DNA from: a virus
Direction: 5' to 3' (one strand)
DNA: 64,000 nt
Virus record (IMG/VR): IMGVR_UViG_3300008262_000040
The notes below the pieces were generated by a model. It did no database searches and was not told the DNA's origin. It saw only the letters and a list, made by a program, of their open reading frames with translations. This document shows positions 28,494 to 39,017 of the stretch, in pieces (positions within the stretch are counted from its first letter, which is position 1; the number at the start of each line of letters is the position of its first letter). Position numbers and translations under genes: made by a program.

Positions 28494-30671
28494 TTAAGAA
28501 AAGCTGGTTCCTGTTGGTAATATGTTAAAGTTCAAGTATACAAATTCAGCAGCTCTTGTAGGCTGTAAGTATATGCTACCTATCAATTGGTTTCTGTCTA
28601 TAACGTCAGGGGTGTTGTTGCTTTCGTCCATTATAACTTGGAAAGCGTATAGACCCTGGCGCTGTTGAACTGTTTCAAGGTATGGATTAACTTGGTTCAA
28701 GAATTTGTTTCTTGTTGCTTGAGTGTTTGGTTCGAATACCAAAGTTTCTCCGATCTGACCGATGTAGCTCTTAAGTGCTATCAACAATCTTCTAACATTC
28801 ACGCGATCTAGAGCAGAAGCTGCAGCTTGTAAAGTCTTCTGACCGTATACAACTGTTCCTACTCCAGGGAAGTTAGCGATTGGGTTAACACGACCTTGAT
28901 ATAGATTGTTTCTGTCTGTAATGCTAAGCTTTCTTTCTGGCTGTAACACTGTTCCTAGGCCACCGCGGTTAAGACCAGCTGGTGCGAACCACTCTGCAGA
29001 AACTTTATCGTTGTACTCGTATATCGCAGGGATTAGAGTAGAGGCTGGCACAAAGTTAATTTTGCCGGTTTCGCGACTTCTAACTTGTAGCCAAGGCCAG
29101 TAAGTAGCTCCGTAAGAGTTATCGTAAGTAGATGCTTCTGTTACAGCTTGGGTTAGATTTTGAGCATATCCAACAGTGTCTATAACAGCTATACAATCTC
29201 CACGTTCTTGTGCCAAAGTTAGCATACTGTTTATTTGAGTAGGAGCGTTTTGGCTAGTTAAACCTGGAGCGAACAATGTATCAAAGCGATAAGCGTCTTT
29301 GTTTCCAAGTAAGCTGAACGCTACATTATAGTTTGATCTCAAAAGTCCCTGAATGTTATTAGCGTTACTATCTGTTGAAGTTACTGGTATGTTTTCATAA
29401 AGATTCAAATTAGCAAGACCAAAGCTTCCAAAAAGCGCTCCAGTTGCTCCACCAAACGCTCCGTTAACTGAACCAGATCCTAACAAAGGTAGACTAGTAA
29501 AGTATTGTGATTTTGGTTGGCCAGTTGCATCGAAGTATCCTGGTGTTGGCGTGTTTACAGACTTAACGCGTACGTACTTGCTCTTATTTTGATAGCTTCC
29601 GTATGTCTGTAAGTAGTAATTTCCAAATTCGTCAGCTACAGGCACTTCGTATTGATCACCTATAACGTATCCTATGTAATTACTTTGGTTTGGATCTAAA
29701 GATAAACCGGTCCAAGTTTCTAGTATTGTTTTACTGTTGTTGTAATCGTCTCCGCGTCTTACTAACAAGCTAAATGTTCCTGAACCTGAATCAACTGATG
29801 CTATTTCCCATCTTACGTTTGCGCTAGAACCGCTAGGCAAAGCTCCGTTTGTAACAGTACCGCCTATGTTGTTCATTGTAACTCCAGTTGAAAGAGTTTC
29901 TAACGTAAAAGCGTAGTCGTTAATCGCGTTTGTACCACCAGATAAAGTACCCAAAAGCGTCATTGAACCTGTTGAAGCTCCAAACCATCCTCCAACATAA
30001 AACTTATATCCGTTGAATGATGTACCTGCTGAAGATGCACTAATTATTAGATTATTTCCTTGAGCGGTTATTGTTACTTGTGTATCAGCTGAGGCGCTTG
30101 CGTTATTAAATGCAGCTAATGAAGAACTCCACTGAGCTAATGTGTATGAACCACCTGCACCAGGGCTAAAATAACCGTAATCTAATGCAGAGTTATATTG
30201 GCTGTAATCTGAGCCAAATGTAGCTGGCATCAAATAGTAGTAATTATCATTGTTGTCTACTATCGTAAAAGGCGTGTAAGACGCGGTTTGAGCTGCGTTT
30301 AAGGCACTAACATTTATGCTTACAGCAGCAACTCCACCTTGAACTGAACTCAAAGCGTTTGTTACTGAGGCTGTAGCTGATGTGTATGATCCAGATGCGA
30401 CTCTTGTAACCATCAAAGAATCTCCGCCTTGTTCAAAGTAGTTCAAAGCTGCAACGCTAGTTAGGTATTCGTAACTGTATCCTCCAGAAATAAAAGCCGC
30501 TCCGAAGATGGCTTTATATTCCGAATAAGAAGTTACTCTTGTTGGTATATTAACCGGTCCTGTTACTGTTGGACCTACTATTGCGGCTCCGGTTTCTACT
30601 GGGCCTTGTACTATTTGTGATAGATCGTTTTCTTGTAGAAAAACTCCTGGGGAAATCAACACTTCGCTCAT
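28494..30671 (-). CDS. Contractile tail sheath protein (gp18-like)
   Basis: ISPGVFLQE, YGATYWPW, WFAPAGLNRG, VNPI, GQKTL, RVNVRRL. Confidence 0.96.
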   Translation of the reverse strand: MSEVLISPGVFLQENDLSQIVQGPVETGAAIVGPTVTGPVNIPTRVTSYSEYKAIFGAAFISGGYSYEYLTSVAALNYFEQGGDSLMVTRVASGSYTSATASVTNALSSVQGGVAAVSINVSALNAAQTASYTPFTIVDNNDNYYYLMPATFGSDYSQYNSALDYGYFSPGAGGSYTLAQWSSSLAAFNNASASADTQVTITAQGNNLIISASSAGTSFNGYKFYVGGWFGASTGSMTLLGTLSGGTNAINDYAFTLETLSTGVTMNNIGGTVTNGALPSGSSANVRWEIASVDSGSGTFSLLVRRGDDYNNSKTILETWTGLSLDPNQSNYIGYVIGDQYEVPVADEFGNYYLQTYGSYQNKSKYVRVKSVNTPTPGYFDATGQPKSQYFTSLPLLGSGSVNGAFGGATGALFGSFGLANLNLYENIPVTSTDSNANNIQGLLRSNYNVAFSLLGNKDAYRFDTLFAPGLTSQNAPTQINSMLTLAQERGDCIAVIDTVGYAQNLTQAVTEASTYDNSYGATYWPWLQVRSRETGKINFVPASTLIPAIYEYNDKVSAEWFAPAGLNRGGLGTVLQPERKLSITDRNNLYQGRVNPIANFPGVGTVVYGQKTLQAAASALDRVNVRRLLIALKSYIGQIGETLVFEPNTQATRNKFLNQVNPYLETVQQRQGLYAFQVIMDESNNTPDVIDRNQLIGSIYLQPTRAAEFVYLNFNILPTGTSFS

Positions 30672-30719
30672 TGGGTATTGTTTTTATCTATCAATAAATA
30701 TGTAAATTTACATCAAAAT

Positions 30720-30962
30720 TTATTGATTGAACTCACCAGTCTCTAAATTAATGCTTACCGCTCCGTATTTTTCGTTTAGCTCTGAAAATAACGCTGTTTC
30801 TCTTTTTTTAATATCGACAATGTTTTTCTTTACCTCTTGTAATTGGTTGTCGATTAGGATCTTTTGATATTCTAATTCTCCCACTGCAGAGATGGCTTGT
30901 AACACATCGTCTCTAACCATCTTAACTTTTGCTAATTCGTCTTCTGTGAGTCTTTTTTCCAT
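30720..30962 (-). CDS. Small coiled-coil hypothetical protein
   Basis: Heptad-rich helix ending KYGAVSINLETGEF. Confidence 0.65.
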   Translation of the reverse strand: MEKRLTEDELAKVKMVRDDVLQAISAVGELEYQKILIDNQLQEVKKNIVDIKKRETALFSELNEKYGAVSINLETGEFNQ

Positions 30963-30965
30963 AAA

Positions 30966-31235
30966 CTATTGTTTTTTTGCTTTTTTACTTGTTGATTTTT
31001 TTGCTGTTTGAGTAGCCTTTTTAGCTGGTGTTGGCTTTTTCTTTATAGACGGTTCAACTGGTTGCTCTGTGGCAACGATAGGATCTTCTTCTACCATCAC
31101 AAAATTGGTGATTTTAGGAGAATTTTGTTCTTCTTCAAAAGAACTAACTGATTCTTCGACTTTTGATGTCTTTTTTAACTTAACGTAAATTATAGCCGCT
31201 AATACAGCTACGGAAATTAGAATTGTTAGTAACAT
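30966..31235 (-). CDS. Membrane-anchored protein with a Lys-rich tail
   Basis: N-terminal TM helix; ATATTTAT upstream. Confidence 0.65.
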   Translation of the reverse strand: MLLTILISVAVLAAIIYVKLKKTSKVEESVSSFEEEQNSPKITNFVMVEEDPIVATEQPVEPSIKKKPTPAKKATQTAKKSTSKKAKKQ

Positions 31236-31317
31236 AAATTGTTTTTTTTGTTAACGTATGTATTTACAAATATAAATATATCAAAATTTATGAAAACACA
31301 ACAATTTTAGTTTCTTG

Positions 31318-31557
31318 TTAGTCGACGAAGTCTGTGATACAGCCTTTTTCTGTTAGATCTTCAACGTTTTTAGAAGCTCTAAGTTCTGCCCTAGCTATTT
31401 CTTTTTCAGTAAAAAGCAAACAGCGTTCGTTCTTACCATTTGCGTCTTCAACCCAGACAGACACGTACCCTTTGTTTTCGTTTTTCTTTTTACGTGTATT
31501 CCACACTCTAATTAAGCGTCCAGCTTTTACTCTTACTTGATCAATTAAATTTGCCAT
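31318..31557 (-). CDS. Hypothetical protein
   Basis: Co-oriented ORF with normal spacing. Confidence 0.65.
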   Translation of the reverse strand: MANLIDQVRVKAGRLIRVWNTRKKKNENKGYVSVWVEDANGKNERCLLFTEKEIARAELRASKNVEDLTEKGCITDFVD

Positions 31558-31568
31558 ATATTTGTGTT

Positions 31569-31994
31569 TTATATTATTTTATACCACCACAGCCATCCCA
31601 AAAGTCTTACTACATAATATCTAAAATAGTTGTCAAACCTATTATCGTTTGTTATGTTAGTCCAAAATAGCATCTCTTTGTCACACTGTGCCCTAGTCAT
31701 ACCATAAGCTCTCTGGACGTACAAAACGTCGTGAACTAAATAACCAAATAGACCATCATTGAACGGTCTTACGAAGCTCCAGAGCCACTTGGGCACTGTC
31801 GACATATCGTATAAAAAACCTTTAGGTATATTTATTACTTTACCACAACTTAATTCTACAGTAATAGGTTGTTGTAACTTCCAATACTTTTGGCTTTTAT
31901 TTGAGTAGACGTAAGATTGCACTATTAGCTCATCTGATAGTAGCTGCTCTACTACGTTATCTTTAGTAATATAGTTTACTCTTGCCACCTGCAA
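31569..31994 (-). CDS. DUF1353-family protein
   Basis: IPKGFLYDMSTVP..LW...LVHDVLY...RAQCD. Confidence 0.75.
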   Translation of the reverse strand: MQVARVNYITKDNVVEQLLSDELIVQSYVYSNKSQKYWKLQQPITVELSCGKVINIPKGFLYDMSTVPKWLWSFVRPFNDGLFGYLVHDVLYVQRAYGMTRAQCDKEMLFWTNITNDNRFDNYFRYYVVRLLGWLWWYKII

Positions 31995-32346
31995 TGGAAT
32001 CTGTTACTATTTGTAAGTTGCTGGTTCTAATAAACGTTACTTGTTCGCCTAAACTGATCCATTCAGGATCATCGTTTGCAACACCAGCTTGTATTTGTGG
32101 TGTTAGCATATCCATCATTTCAGTATTTACATTATTGTAACTGCCTTCTGGCTTTTGTGCTAAGATTGAGAACACGTTCACTACTGTCGGTACATCTATT
32201 TCAACAGTTGCTACATCGTCGTCTTGTAATCCCTGACACGCTGTTTTAATCTTTTCCAGCGTTGGAAATGAAACGTAAGCTGCCGCTCCGAATAAAATGT
32301 CTGCTATCAGAAAATAGTGTTTTGCTTTTAATTGTACCTGTATCAT
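31963..32346 (-). CDS. Hypothetical protein
   Basis: Co-oriented ORF. Confidence 0.65.
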   Translation of the reverse strand: MIQVQLKAKHYFLIADILFGAAAYVSFPTLEKIKTACQGLQDDDVATVEIDVPTVVNVFSILAQKPEGSYNNVNTEMMDMLTPQIQAGVANDDPEWISLGEQVTFIRTSNLQIVTDSIAGGKSKLYY

Positions 32347-32347
32347 G

Positions 32348-32638
32348 TTATGGTTTTGAAAAATAATATATAATATCTGCTATAATAAATATAAAGGCGG
32401 GGATGAAAGCTCCGATTACCGTCCATTTAAAATCTCTCCAGTCAAACTTAGTTTTCTTTACCTTTTCATCATACACCTCTTTCACTACACCTGTGCTTGC
32501 TGCCACAGCTAAAGCTACAACAGCAGATAACCACTGTTCAAAAGCGAAATTGGCTAATATAAACATAAATATCCAAATCACCATTCCTGCCCAGAAATGC
32601 ATTTCATCATCTAGTTTTTTAAATCCAATATTGATCAT
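32348..32638 (-). CDS. Small membrane protein (YfiM/VanZ-like pattern)
   Basis: HFWAG...G..KEVYD...FDWRD...T..G between TM helices. Confidence 0.55.
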   Translation of the reverse strand: MINIGFKKLDDEMHFWAGMVIWIFMFILANFAFEQWLSAVVALAVAASTGVVKEVYDEKVKKTKFDWRDFKWTVIGAFIPAFIFIIADIIYYFSKP

Positions 32639-33981
32639 TGTTTGATTATTTTAAATGATTTTACTCCATCTATGTTCACTATATAAATACCTGAAGAATA
32701 TTTACTAATATCAATTGTATTTATTTTTTGAATATTTCTTATTGATTTTAACAGAGTTCCTGTTATTGAATATATTCTTATTTCTGTAAAATTATTACGA
32801 TTTGGTAAATTGATCTGATATATTCCTGTATTGGAATTACCGCTTATATTTATTAATTCAATTTGTCTTTGTATTTGGGTTTGGATATTAGGTAAATCAA
32901 GATTAAGTGCTTCTTCAACAGTAAATGTTCCTTCTACACTGTAACTACCAATCATTCCATAATTACTTATATTAGCATTAGCAACATTATTTATACTAAT
33001 ATGATAAGTTCCTGCGTTAAGTGTTGTATCCAAAACAGCGTTTAATCTTGTTAATGGATTATACTTCTGTAATAAAGTAGTTCCATTATATAAACTCATC
33101 TCAATATCTATATTAGCTTTTGATCTGTTTCCACCTAAGTTATATGGATTAGCTATTAACATGAGTCTACCTCTCTTAGGAAGAATTATTCTATAAAAGT
33201 CTGTGTCGTTTGTTCTATTAATTAATTCAGAAAAACTTAGCGTATTAATATTAATACTAACAGGCGTTGATTGTTCAATTGTATTTCCAACACCATCTGG
33301 TCTATATCCAAATCCGTTAGTTGATGATGTTATCACTGCTAAATCATCTTGTAAACTTGTACAACCAAAACTAGTTGGACCGTTATGCCATACAGTCAGA
33401 TTACGTGAGTAGCTGTCTCCCATAATAGGAGACCAGCTAGTTTCTCCTACTCCTCTTCCTGGGTTGTACTCAAATACAAATCCGCCTGTGCTATTACATT
33501 GGCTTTGGTGATATAAGTTTAATGTGTGTCCTATCTCATGAGATGCACATTCTCCTGAGTTTCTTCCTGTTTTTAATATATCAGTAAATACAAAACAAGG
33601 AACTTCTAGTCCCCAGAGAAAGGATTGAAAATATGCAACTCCACCAACGCCTGCGTACCACTCAGAGGTATCTGTTATAATTACCCTCTGTCTTCTAAGT
33701 AGCGGAGCTGCAAAATAAACAGAGGAATCTGTTGTGACATTAACATTAAACGGTCTGAAATCCTCAGCAACTATCTTAAATGCAGAATCCATCTGAGCTG
33801 TTGTTAGTTTACTTGGTGTAGCGTAGAAGGGAACACCATTATTCCAGTAAGGAGTATTAACAGTTTGACCATCAAAATCTAGATAGAATGTTGCTTTAGC
33901 TGAAGGGAAGCTGTTTAGTCCATACGGTACTTGTCCATTTACACTTAAAGCAAGAAATAATAGTGTTAATATTCTTACCAT
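32635..33981 (-). CDS. Secreted zinc metalloprotease (metzincin) with PPC-like domain and T9SS type-A C-terminal sorting domain
   Basis: Signal peptide MVRILTLLFLALSVNG; HEIGHTLNLYH; Met-turn PIMG; C-terminal IYSITG...IDISKYSSGIYIVNI...KIIKQ. Confidence 0.85.
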   Translation of the reverse strand: MVRILTLLFLALSVNGQVPYGLNSFPSAKATFYLDFDGQTVNTPYWNNGVPFYATPSKLTTAQMDSAFKIVAEDFRPFNVNVTTDSSVYFAAPLLRRQRVIITDTSEWYAGVGGVAYFQSFLWGLEVPCFVFTDILKTGRNSGECASHEIGHTLNLYHQSQCNSTGGFVFEYNPGRGVGETSWSPIMGDSYSRNLTVWHNGPTSFGCTSLQDDLAVITSSTNGFGYRPDGVGNTIEQSTPVSININTLSFSELINRTNDTDFYRIILPKRGRLMLIANPYNLGGNRSKANIDIEMSLYNGTTLLQKYNPLTRLNAVLDTTLNAGTYHISINNVANANISNYGMIGSYSVEGTFTVEEALNLDLPNIQTQIQRQIELINISGNSNTGIYQINLPNRNNFTEIRIYSITGTLLKSIRNIQKINTIDISKYSSGIYIVNIDGVKSFKIIKQ

Positions 33982-33983
33982 GT

Positions 33984-34460
33984 TTAATCGGGTATTAAAT
34001 CTGAAGCCTCTTTTTTATTCCAGTAATATTTTCCGTCGTGGTCATCTTTTTCTAGTACCAATATATCCTTGTGATCGTTTGACATCAATAATGCTCTATA
34101 TATTACTTCACCAGGCATTATTGTTACTTTAGATACAATAAGCATTAAATCTTTAATATCATATGATTTTAATGCCATTATATTAGTGGGATCATGGTTG
34201 TGTATTGATGTTACTTTGCCTTTGAAGATAGTATTTTTAGTTAGTTCAATTTCTACTTCCCCATCTATAGACATTGATAATATGTCTTCAATGTAATTTT
34301 CATTAAATAGTGATTTAGTAGTATCTTTAGTAAACAGTTGTGGTTTGTTTACATTTCTGTCTTTAGCTGTTTGAAATTGTATTGTTTGAGAGAATGAAGT
34401 AGTGATTAGCACTATTAGTAATATAATAAATAATGCGCGGAACAATGTAATCGTTCTCAT
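33984..34460 (-). CDS. Exported hypothetical protein (signal peptide), partner of the metalloprotease
   Basis: N-terminal signal peptide ending SFSQ; stop 2 nt from the protease start. Confidence 0.7.
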   Translation of the reverse strand: MRTITLFRALFIILLIVLITTSFSQTIQFQTAKDRNVNKPQLFTKDTTKSLFNENYIEDILSMSIDGEVEIELTKNTIFKGKVTSIHNHDPTNIMALKSYDIKDLMLIVSKVTIMPGEVIYRALLMSNDHKDILVLEKDDHDGKYYWNKKEASDLIPD

Positions 34461-34551
34461 AGGCTGTTAGTTAAATTATTACATTATGGGTAACCTGCTA
34501 TATTAATAATTATGATTACTTTTTATATATTAAAGATTCGTTTTATGTCTC

Positions 34552-37080
34552 TTATCCTATGTATGCTACTGAGAAGTTATCGTTCTGATCGAATGAAATT
34601 TCACCAACTGCTACTACCATTTTAAGTGTATCTCCTACTTCTAATTTAGAAATAGTACTACCACCAGCATGGTTCATTGTAGTATTAGCGCCAAATTCAA
34701 TCATTATTTGGGGAGTTCCTGTTACTCCACCTGTATTGTTTTTATATACTATCAGCTGAGATATTGTGCCTAAACTGTTTGAGTTTGTTCTAGTTACTAA
34801 GTTTACTTGATATAATCCCGCTATTGGTGCTGTGAATGTACCAGTTGAATTATTCCATCCACCGCCTTGTTGGTAATCCACATTCAAGTAACTACCTGAT
34901 AAAGTTGTTACTGCTGTTTTTCCGCCTCCTGCTCCAGTTACTCTAAATGCAGGTCTATTAGGCATTGTTATAGAACCGCTTGTTATATTTATACTACCTG
35001 TTGCTAGTGTTATTGAACCTCCTGTTGTTGTTATTGATCCTGTTACAGTCAATCCATTTGTATAATTACCGCTTCCGCTAACATCTAGGTTGTAATTGGG
35101 TGATACTACATTTATACCTATACGTCCATTAGCAGATCCAGAAAATGGCAATAAAGATGATGTTTGTATATAAGACCCCGTACCAAATAATATTCCACCG
35201 ATATTTATTGAATTTTGACTATTATCAGGTAAAGTTATATTAGTACCTATTATTATATTATTTACTGATATTCCACTTGTCGTATATCTACTTGCGACAT
35301 TATAACCAATCAATGTGGAATATGATGCATTATATGCATTTTGTCCGGCCGCATACCCAATAAAGTTTGAATATTTTGCATTAGTTGCACTACCACCAGC
35401 AGCTTCACCTAAAAAGTTTGAGTTGTTTGCATTAGTTGCGCTGGCTCCGGCATTAAATCCTAAAAAGTTTGAATTGTAGGCGTTTGTTGCTGAAAAACCA
35501 GTGGCACTTCCTAAAAAGTTTGAGTTATTCGCATTTGACGCTGCTTGACCAGCCTGACTGCCAATAAAGTTTGATCTATTGGCTGTTATTGCTGTAATTC
35601 CTGCTGCATATCCTATAAAGTTAGCTTGATAAGCATTTGTTGCTTCCCAGCCTGCTTGATTTCCTAAAAAATTTGAGTTTAGAGCATTTGATGCATTTTT
35701 ACCAGCTTGATTTCCTAAAAAGTTTGAGTTGTTTGCATTTGTTGCTTCCCAGCCTGCTTGATTTCCTAAAAAATTTGAGTTTAGAGCATTTGATGCCTCT
35801 TTCCCAGCTTGATTTCCTAAAAAGTTTGAATTGTAGGCGTTTGTTGCGCTGGCTCCGGCATTAAATCCTAAAAAGATAGAGTGTGAAGCGTTCGTTGACG
35901 ACTCTCCTGAGTTTAAACCTAAAAATATAGAATGGGTTGTACTTTTTGCGCCATTTCCATCTAATGGAAAATTAGAGTAAAGTGACGTATTTACAGTCTC
36001 AATAGCATACTTTGGATTACTTGATTGAGCTGTGCCATCTTCATATATTAACTGTCCGTCTTTTGATATTAAAATTTTATCGTAACTAAACTCACCTGTA
36101 GTGTTTGTAGTATCCCAACTATTAAATCTTATTGCATAATACTCGTCTGTACTTAAATCGTGCATTATAAGTTGTAGACCTACAATGTTAATTGGGTTGC
36201 CATTTATAGCGGTGTAAAACTTATTATATTTTCTATTTCTAACATTGGTTAATGTACCCCATCCGTAATCGATGCGATCGGTATAAATTGAGTTCCACTC
36301 TGTTTTTATTGGTGATCTATCATAGTTAGTATCATACTCATTTTCGTAATATGTATTGTATATTCCACTTCCAGCATCATCTCTTTTTATTATTGTTGTA
36401 GGTGATATTGTATCTATAGTTGATGGAGAGTTGGCTGGTCTAGTAAAGGATGATGATTGAAAGTATGAACTGGATATTTCATATCTATCATAAGCAAATC
36501 CTCCCCCTGCAGCTCCTGCTGTCCACTTATAAAACTTAACCAAGTAATATTTACCGGTACTGGTATCATTCATTACCATTGGTAAATTAACAATAAAATT
36601 ACCAGCTTGTTGATTAACAGCTTGACCCCACGTACCATAATTCCTATAAGGTATCGACTGTAAATCTCCCCAACCATACGATTTTTGATCAGTATAAATA
36701 GAATTCCATAGTGTACCCGAAGGGCTGGTGGCACCACTTGAAACTGCCTCTAAAGCAGCGTTGTAAATACCTCCCGCGTTGTCTCTAGCTATCTCAGTAA
36801 TTCCAGATGCTATAATATCTATTTGAGATGAGCTGTATGGGGTCTTTTCAAATGTAACTTTTGATAGATTTGTACTAGTAAAGTTGCTTATCTCAAGACT
36901 CCCAGTGATAATCGCAGAACCGCTATAAGGAAACCCGTTACCTGTACCTCCTCCAGCGCTATTTAAGGCATAAGACGCTGTTCCAAATAAACTACCAGTA
37001 GCATGCAAACTACCACTACTATCCAACTGCGGATAGCCATAAGGCTGGTTTGCTCTGTCTAGCGTGATAATTGTTTTCAT
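34552..37080 (-). CDS. Fibre/adhesin-like protein with 17-aa repeats and a C-terminal C1q-like domain
   Basis: SNFLGxxAG repeats; PAFRV...TGTFTAPIAGLYQV C1q-like motif. Confidence 0.7.
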   Translation of the reverse strand: MKTIITLDRANQPYGYPQLDSSGSLHATGSLFGTASYALNSAGGGTGNGFPYSGSAIITGSLEISNFTSTNLSKVTFEKTPYSSSQIDIIASGITEIARDNAGGIYNAALEAVSSGATSPSGTLWNSIYTDQKSYGWGDLQSIPYRNYGTWGQAVNQQAGNFIVNLPMVMNDTSTGKYYLVKFYKWTAGAAGGGFAYDRYEISSSYFQSSSFTRPANSPSTIDTISPTTIIKRDDAGSGIYNTYYENEYDTNYDRSPIKTEWNSIYTDRIDYGWGTLTNVRNRKYNKFYTAINGNPINIVGLQLIMHDLSTDEYYAIRFNSWDTTNTTGEFSYDKILISKDGQLIYEDGTAQSSNPKYAIETVNTSLYSNFPLDGNGAKSTTHSIFLGLNSGESSTNASHSIFLGFNAGASATNAYNSNFLGNQAGKEASNALNSNFLGNQAGWEATNANNSNFLGNQAGKNASNALNSNFLGNQAGWEATNAYQANFIGYAAGITAITANRSNFIGSQAGQAASNANNSNFLGSATGFSATNAYNSNFLGFNAGASATNANNSNFLGEAAGGSATNAKYSNFIGYAAGQNAYNASYSTLIGYNVASRYTTSGISVNNIIIGTNITLPDNSQNSINIGGILFGTGSYIQTSSLLPFSGSANGRIGINVVSPNYNLDVSGSGNYTNGLTVTGSITTTGGSITLATGSINITSGSITMPNRPAFRVTGAGGGKTAVTTLSGSYLNVDYQQGGGWNNSTGTFTAPIAGLYQVNLVTRTNSNSLGTISQLIVYKNNTGGVTGTPQIMIEFGANTTMNHAGGSTISKLEVGDTLKMVVAVGEISFDQNDNFSVAYIG
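35305..35934 (-). repeat. Coding tandem repeat, ~13 x 51 bp (17 aa)
   Basis: NAxxSNFLGxxAGxxAT units, including a near-exact 102-bp two-unit duplication. Confidence 0.92.
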
Positions 37081-37106
37081 TTATGTTGAGTTGTTGTTTT
37101 AATCTG

Positions 37107-37185
37107 GAATCCTCCGAAGAGGATTCTGTTTTTCTATCAGCCTCCGAAGAGGACAGACTTACACCTGTAATCCTTCGAAAAGGAT
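37107..37185 (-). other. Three tandem TTCG(UUCG)-loop hairpins in an intergenic region
   Basis: GAATCCTC-TTCG-GAGGATTC, CCTC-TTCG-GAGG and ATCCTT-TTCG-AAGGAT on the minus strand. Confidence 0.8.
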
Positions 37186-37193
37186 CAAGTATC

Positions 37194-38240
37194 TTAAGCT
37201 ATCTTCCACCCCCAAGCGTAAAAGTACTTGAGTGTTTCCGATGTGTCAATATCGTCTAAAAAATACCCCTCTTTGGGGAATATTTTTACAGTATCGCTCA
37301 TAGGTCCTATAATATACCTTCCAGCATTGTTTGGATCGTCTATTACGATTGCAAATTTAACATACAAATTCACTTTTGGTTGTATGTAGGAAAGAGGTCG
37401 CTGTTGCATATACTTTTTAACACCTCTCTTAGTTGTAACACAAACAGTGTTCTCAGTACCGTCTAATATATTATTAGTACTCCCACTAACTTTCATTGGA
37501 AAAAATTCCCTACCCATATAACCTACAGATGATCCAGAAACTCTTGTAAAATACCATCTTAACGGATTGAAGCCCTCTAGTAGTGTTGGTTTTCCTGATC
37601 CGGTTGCTACAGTCCATTCTGTCGTGAAATCTGTAAATGAGGATGTATATTTAGGATAAGCTCCTTCTCCAAACACTTGGCTATAATTATTGTTTCCGCT
37701 AAAATTGTCATAGACTGATACGTTTGTAAAACTGGGAGAAACTGATCCTCCTCCACTGTCTACGTAGCTTCCAGAAAAGCTTGCTGGGTGGCTAAAATAT
37801 TTTCCGTATTTTTGATTGTTTGCTCTTAAGTTTGGATTACCATTATGCTGTCTTCCCATTTTTTTACTTCCCTGATACACAAACAAAAAATATCTTGGAT
37901 TGTAATTTAAAAACGTATCGTCGCTCGATTGATACGTTAATTTTAAAACATCGTTATTCCAAGATGTAGCGATAGCACCTGGTAAACCAGAACCGTTACC
38001 TAGGTTTGATATAGCTTGGTTGTATACATGAGGAGGGGGGTTGTTGTCCTGCTTCGATCCATACACAATAGGCTTCGGTACATTCAAACCAGTACCTCCA
38101 CCCCCACCAACAGGCGTAACGACTCCGTTTTCGTTTACTGTTATCGGATTACCAGAGGAGTCAACTCCGAACACCACCTTATTTGAATTTGGTGCCGATG
38201 GAAATGTATTGTTTTTGTCTATTACTATATAACTTGGCAT
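37194..38240 (-). CDS. MPSYI-family protein 1 (putative virion appendage)
   Basis: Shared ~50-aa N-terminus plus poly-Gly linker. Confidence 0.65.
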   Translation of the reverse strand: MPSYIVIDKNNTFPSAPNSNKVVFGVDSSGNPITVNENGVVTPVGGGGGTGLNVPKPIVYGSKQDNNPPPHVYNQAISNLGNGSGLPGAIATSWNNDVLKLTYQSSDDTFLNYNPRYFLFVYQGSKKMGRQHNGNPNLRANNQKYGKYFSHPASFSGSYVDSGGGSVSPSFTNVSVYDNFSGNNNYSQVFGEGAYPKYTSSFTDFTTEWTVATGSGKPTLLEGFNPLRWYFTRVSGSSVGYMGREFFPMKVSGSTNNILDGTENTVCVTTKRGVKKYMQQRPLSYIQPKVNLYVKFAIVIDDPNNAGRYIIGPMSDTVKIFPKEGYFLDDIDTSETLKYFYAWGWKIA

Positions 38241-38286
38241 GTTCTGTTATAAATATTTTAAATGTTAGTATTAGTGTAAGGTTATA

Positions 38287-39006
38287 TTATGCTATTACTA
38301 CATAGCTCCAAACATTACCTGTGTTTAGGTTATTAGACGTGTCTAGTTCATTACCATTTATACTATCTCTTATACTAGCTCCATTTTCGCTTTTTATTGC
38401 ATAAAAGAATGGACTATTGATGCTAGATGGAGTTAGTACTCCGGTTTCTTTAAATATAAATGTGAAGTTATCGACTTTACAGTAATTAGCTACTAAATTG
38501 TTGGGTTTATCAAAATAGTTACCACTACCGGTAAACCTTGTATATAGACTGTGGCTAGCAAACACCCCATTAAGAAAATCTACGTAGTTAGTTGCATATG
38601 TACCGAATCCATCATCCCTATAATTTACATCGGATGAGGTCACGTTTAATGTATAAGGATTACACGATGAGATGTTTATTCCGTTTACTTGACCAGCTAC
38701 TAATTCAAGATTCAAATAATCTCCGGGGTCGTTGTTTTCAGCTAATGATGTAAATTTATCAATATCATAGCTAGCTCCAAATCCAATTGTACCTTGTATC
38801 CAGTTAGAGTAGCTACGATATTCTACGTAGTCACCTGCGCACGGTACAGGGGGTGTGTTTCCTCCTCCGCTTCCTATTACAGTTACATTTCCACTATTAT
38901 CTACTGTTACTAATTGCCCAGATGTGTTAACACCGGCAATAACTTTGCTGGCATTAGGTGCAGGTGGAAAGATTCCTTGTTTGTCTAATTCTATGTAGCT
39001 TGGCAT
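38287..39006 (-). CDS. MPSYI-family protein 2
   Basis: Shared N-terminus; C-domain paralogous to 39446..40189 (YRDDGFG...NYVDF). Confidence 0.65.
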   Translation of the reverse strand: MPSYIELDKQGIFPPAPNASKVIAGVNTSGQLVTVDNSGNVTVIGSGGGNTPPVPCAGDYVEYRSYSNWIQGTIGFGASYDIDKFTSLAENNDPGDYLNLELVAGQVNGINISSCNPYTLNVTSSDVNYRDDGFGTYATNYVDFLNGVFASHSLYTRFTGSGNYFDKPNNLVANYCKVDNFTFIFKETGVLTPSSINSPFFYAIKSENGASIRDSINGNELDTSNNLNTGNVWSYVVIA

Positions 39007-39017
39007 ATATTTTTTAT

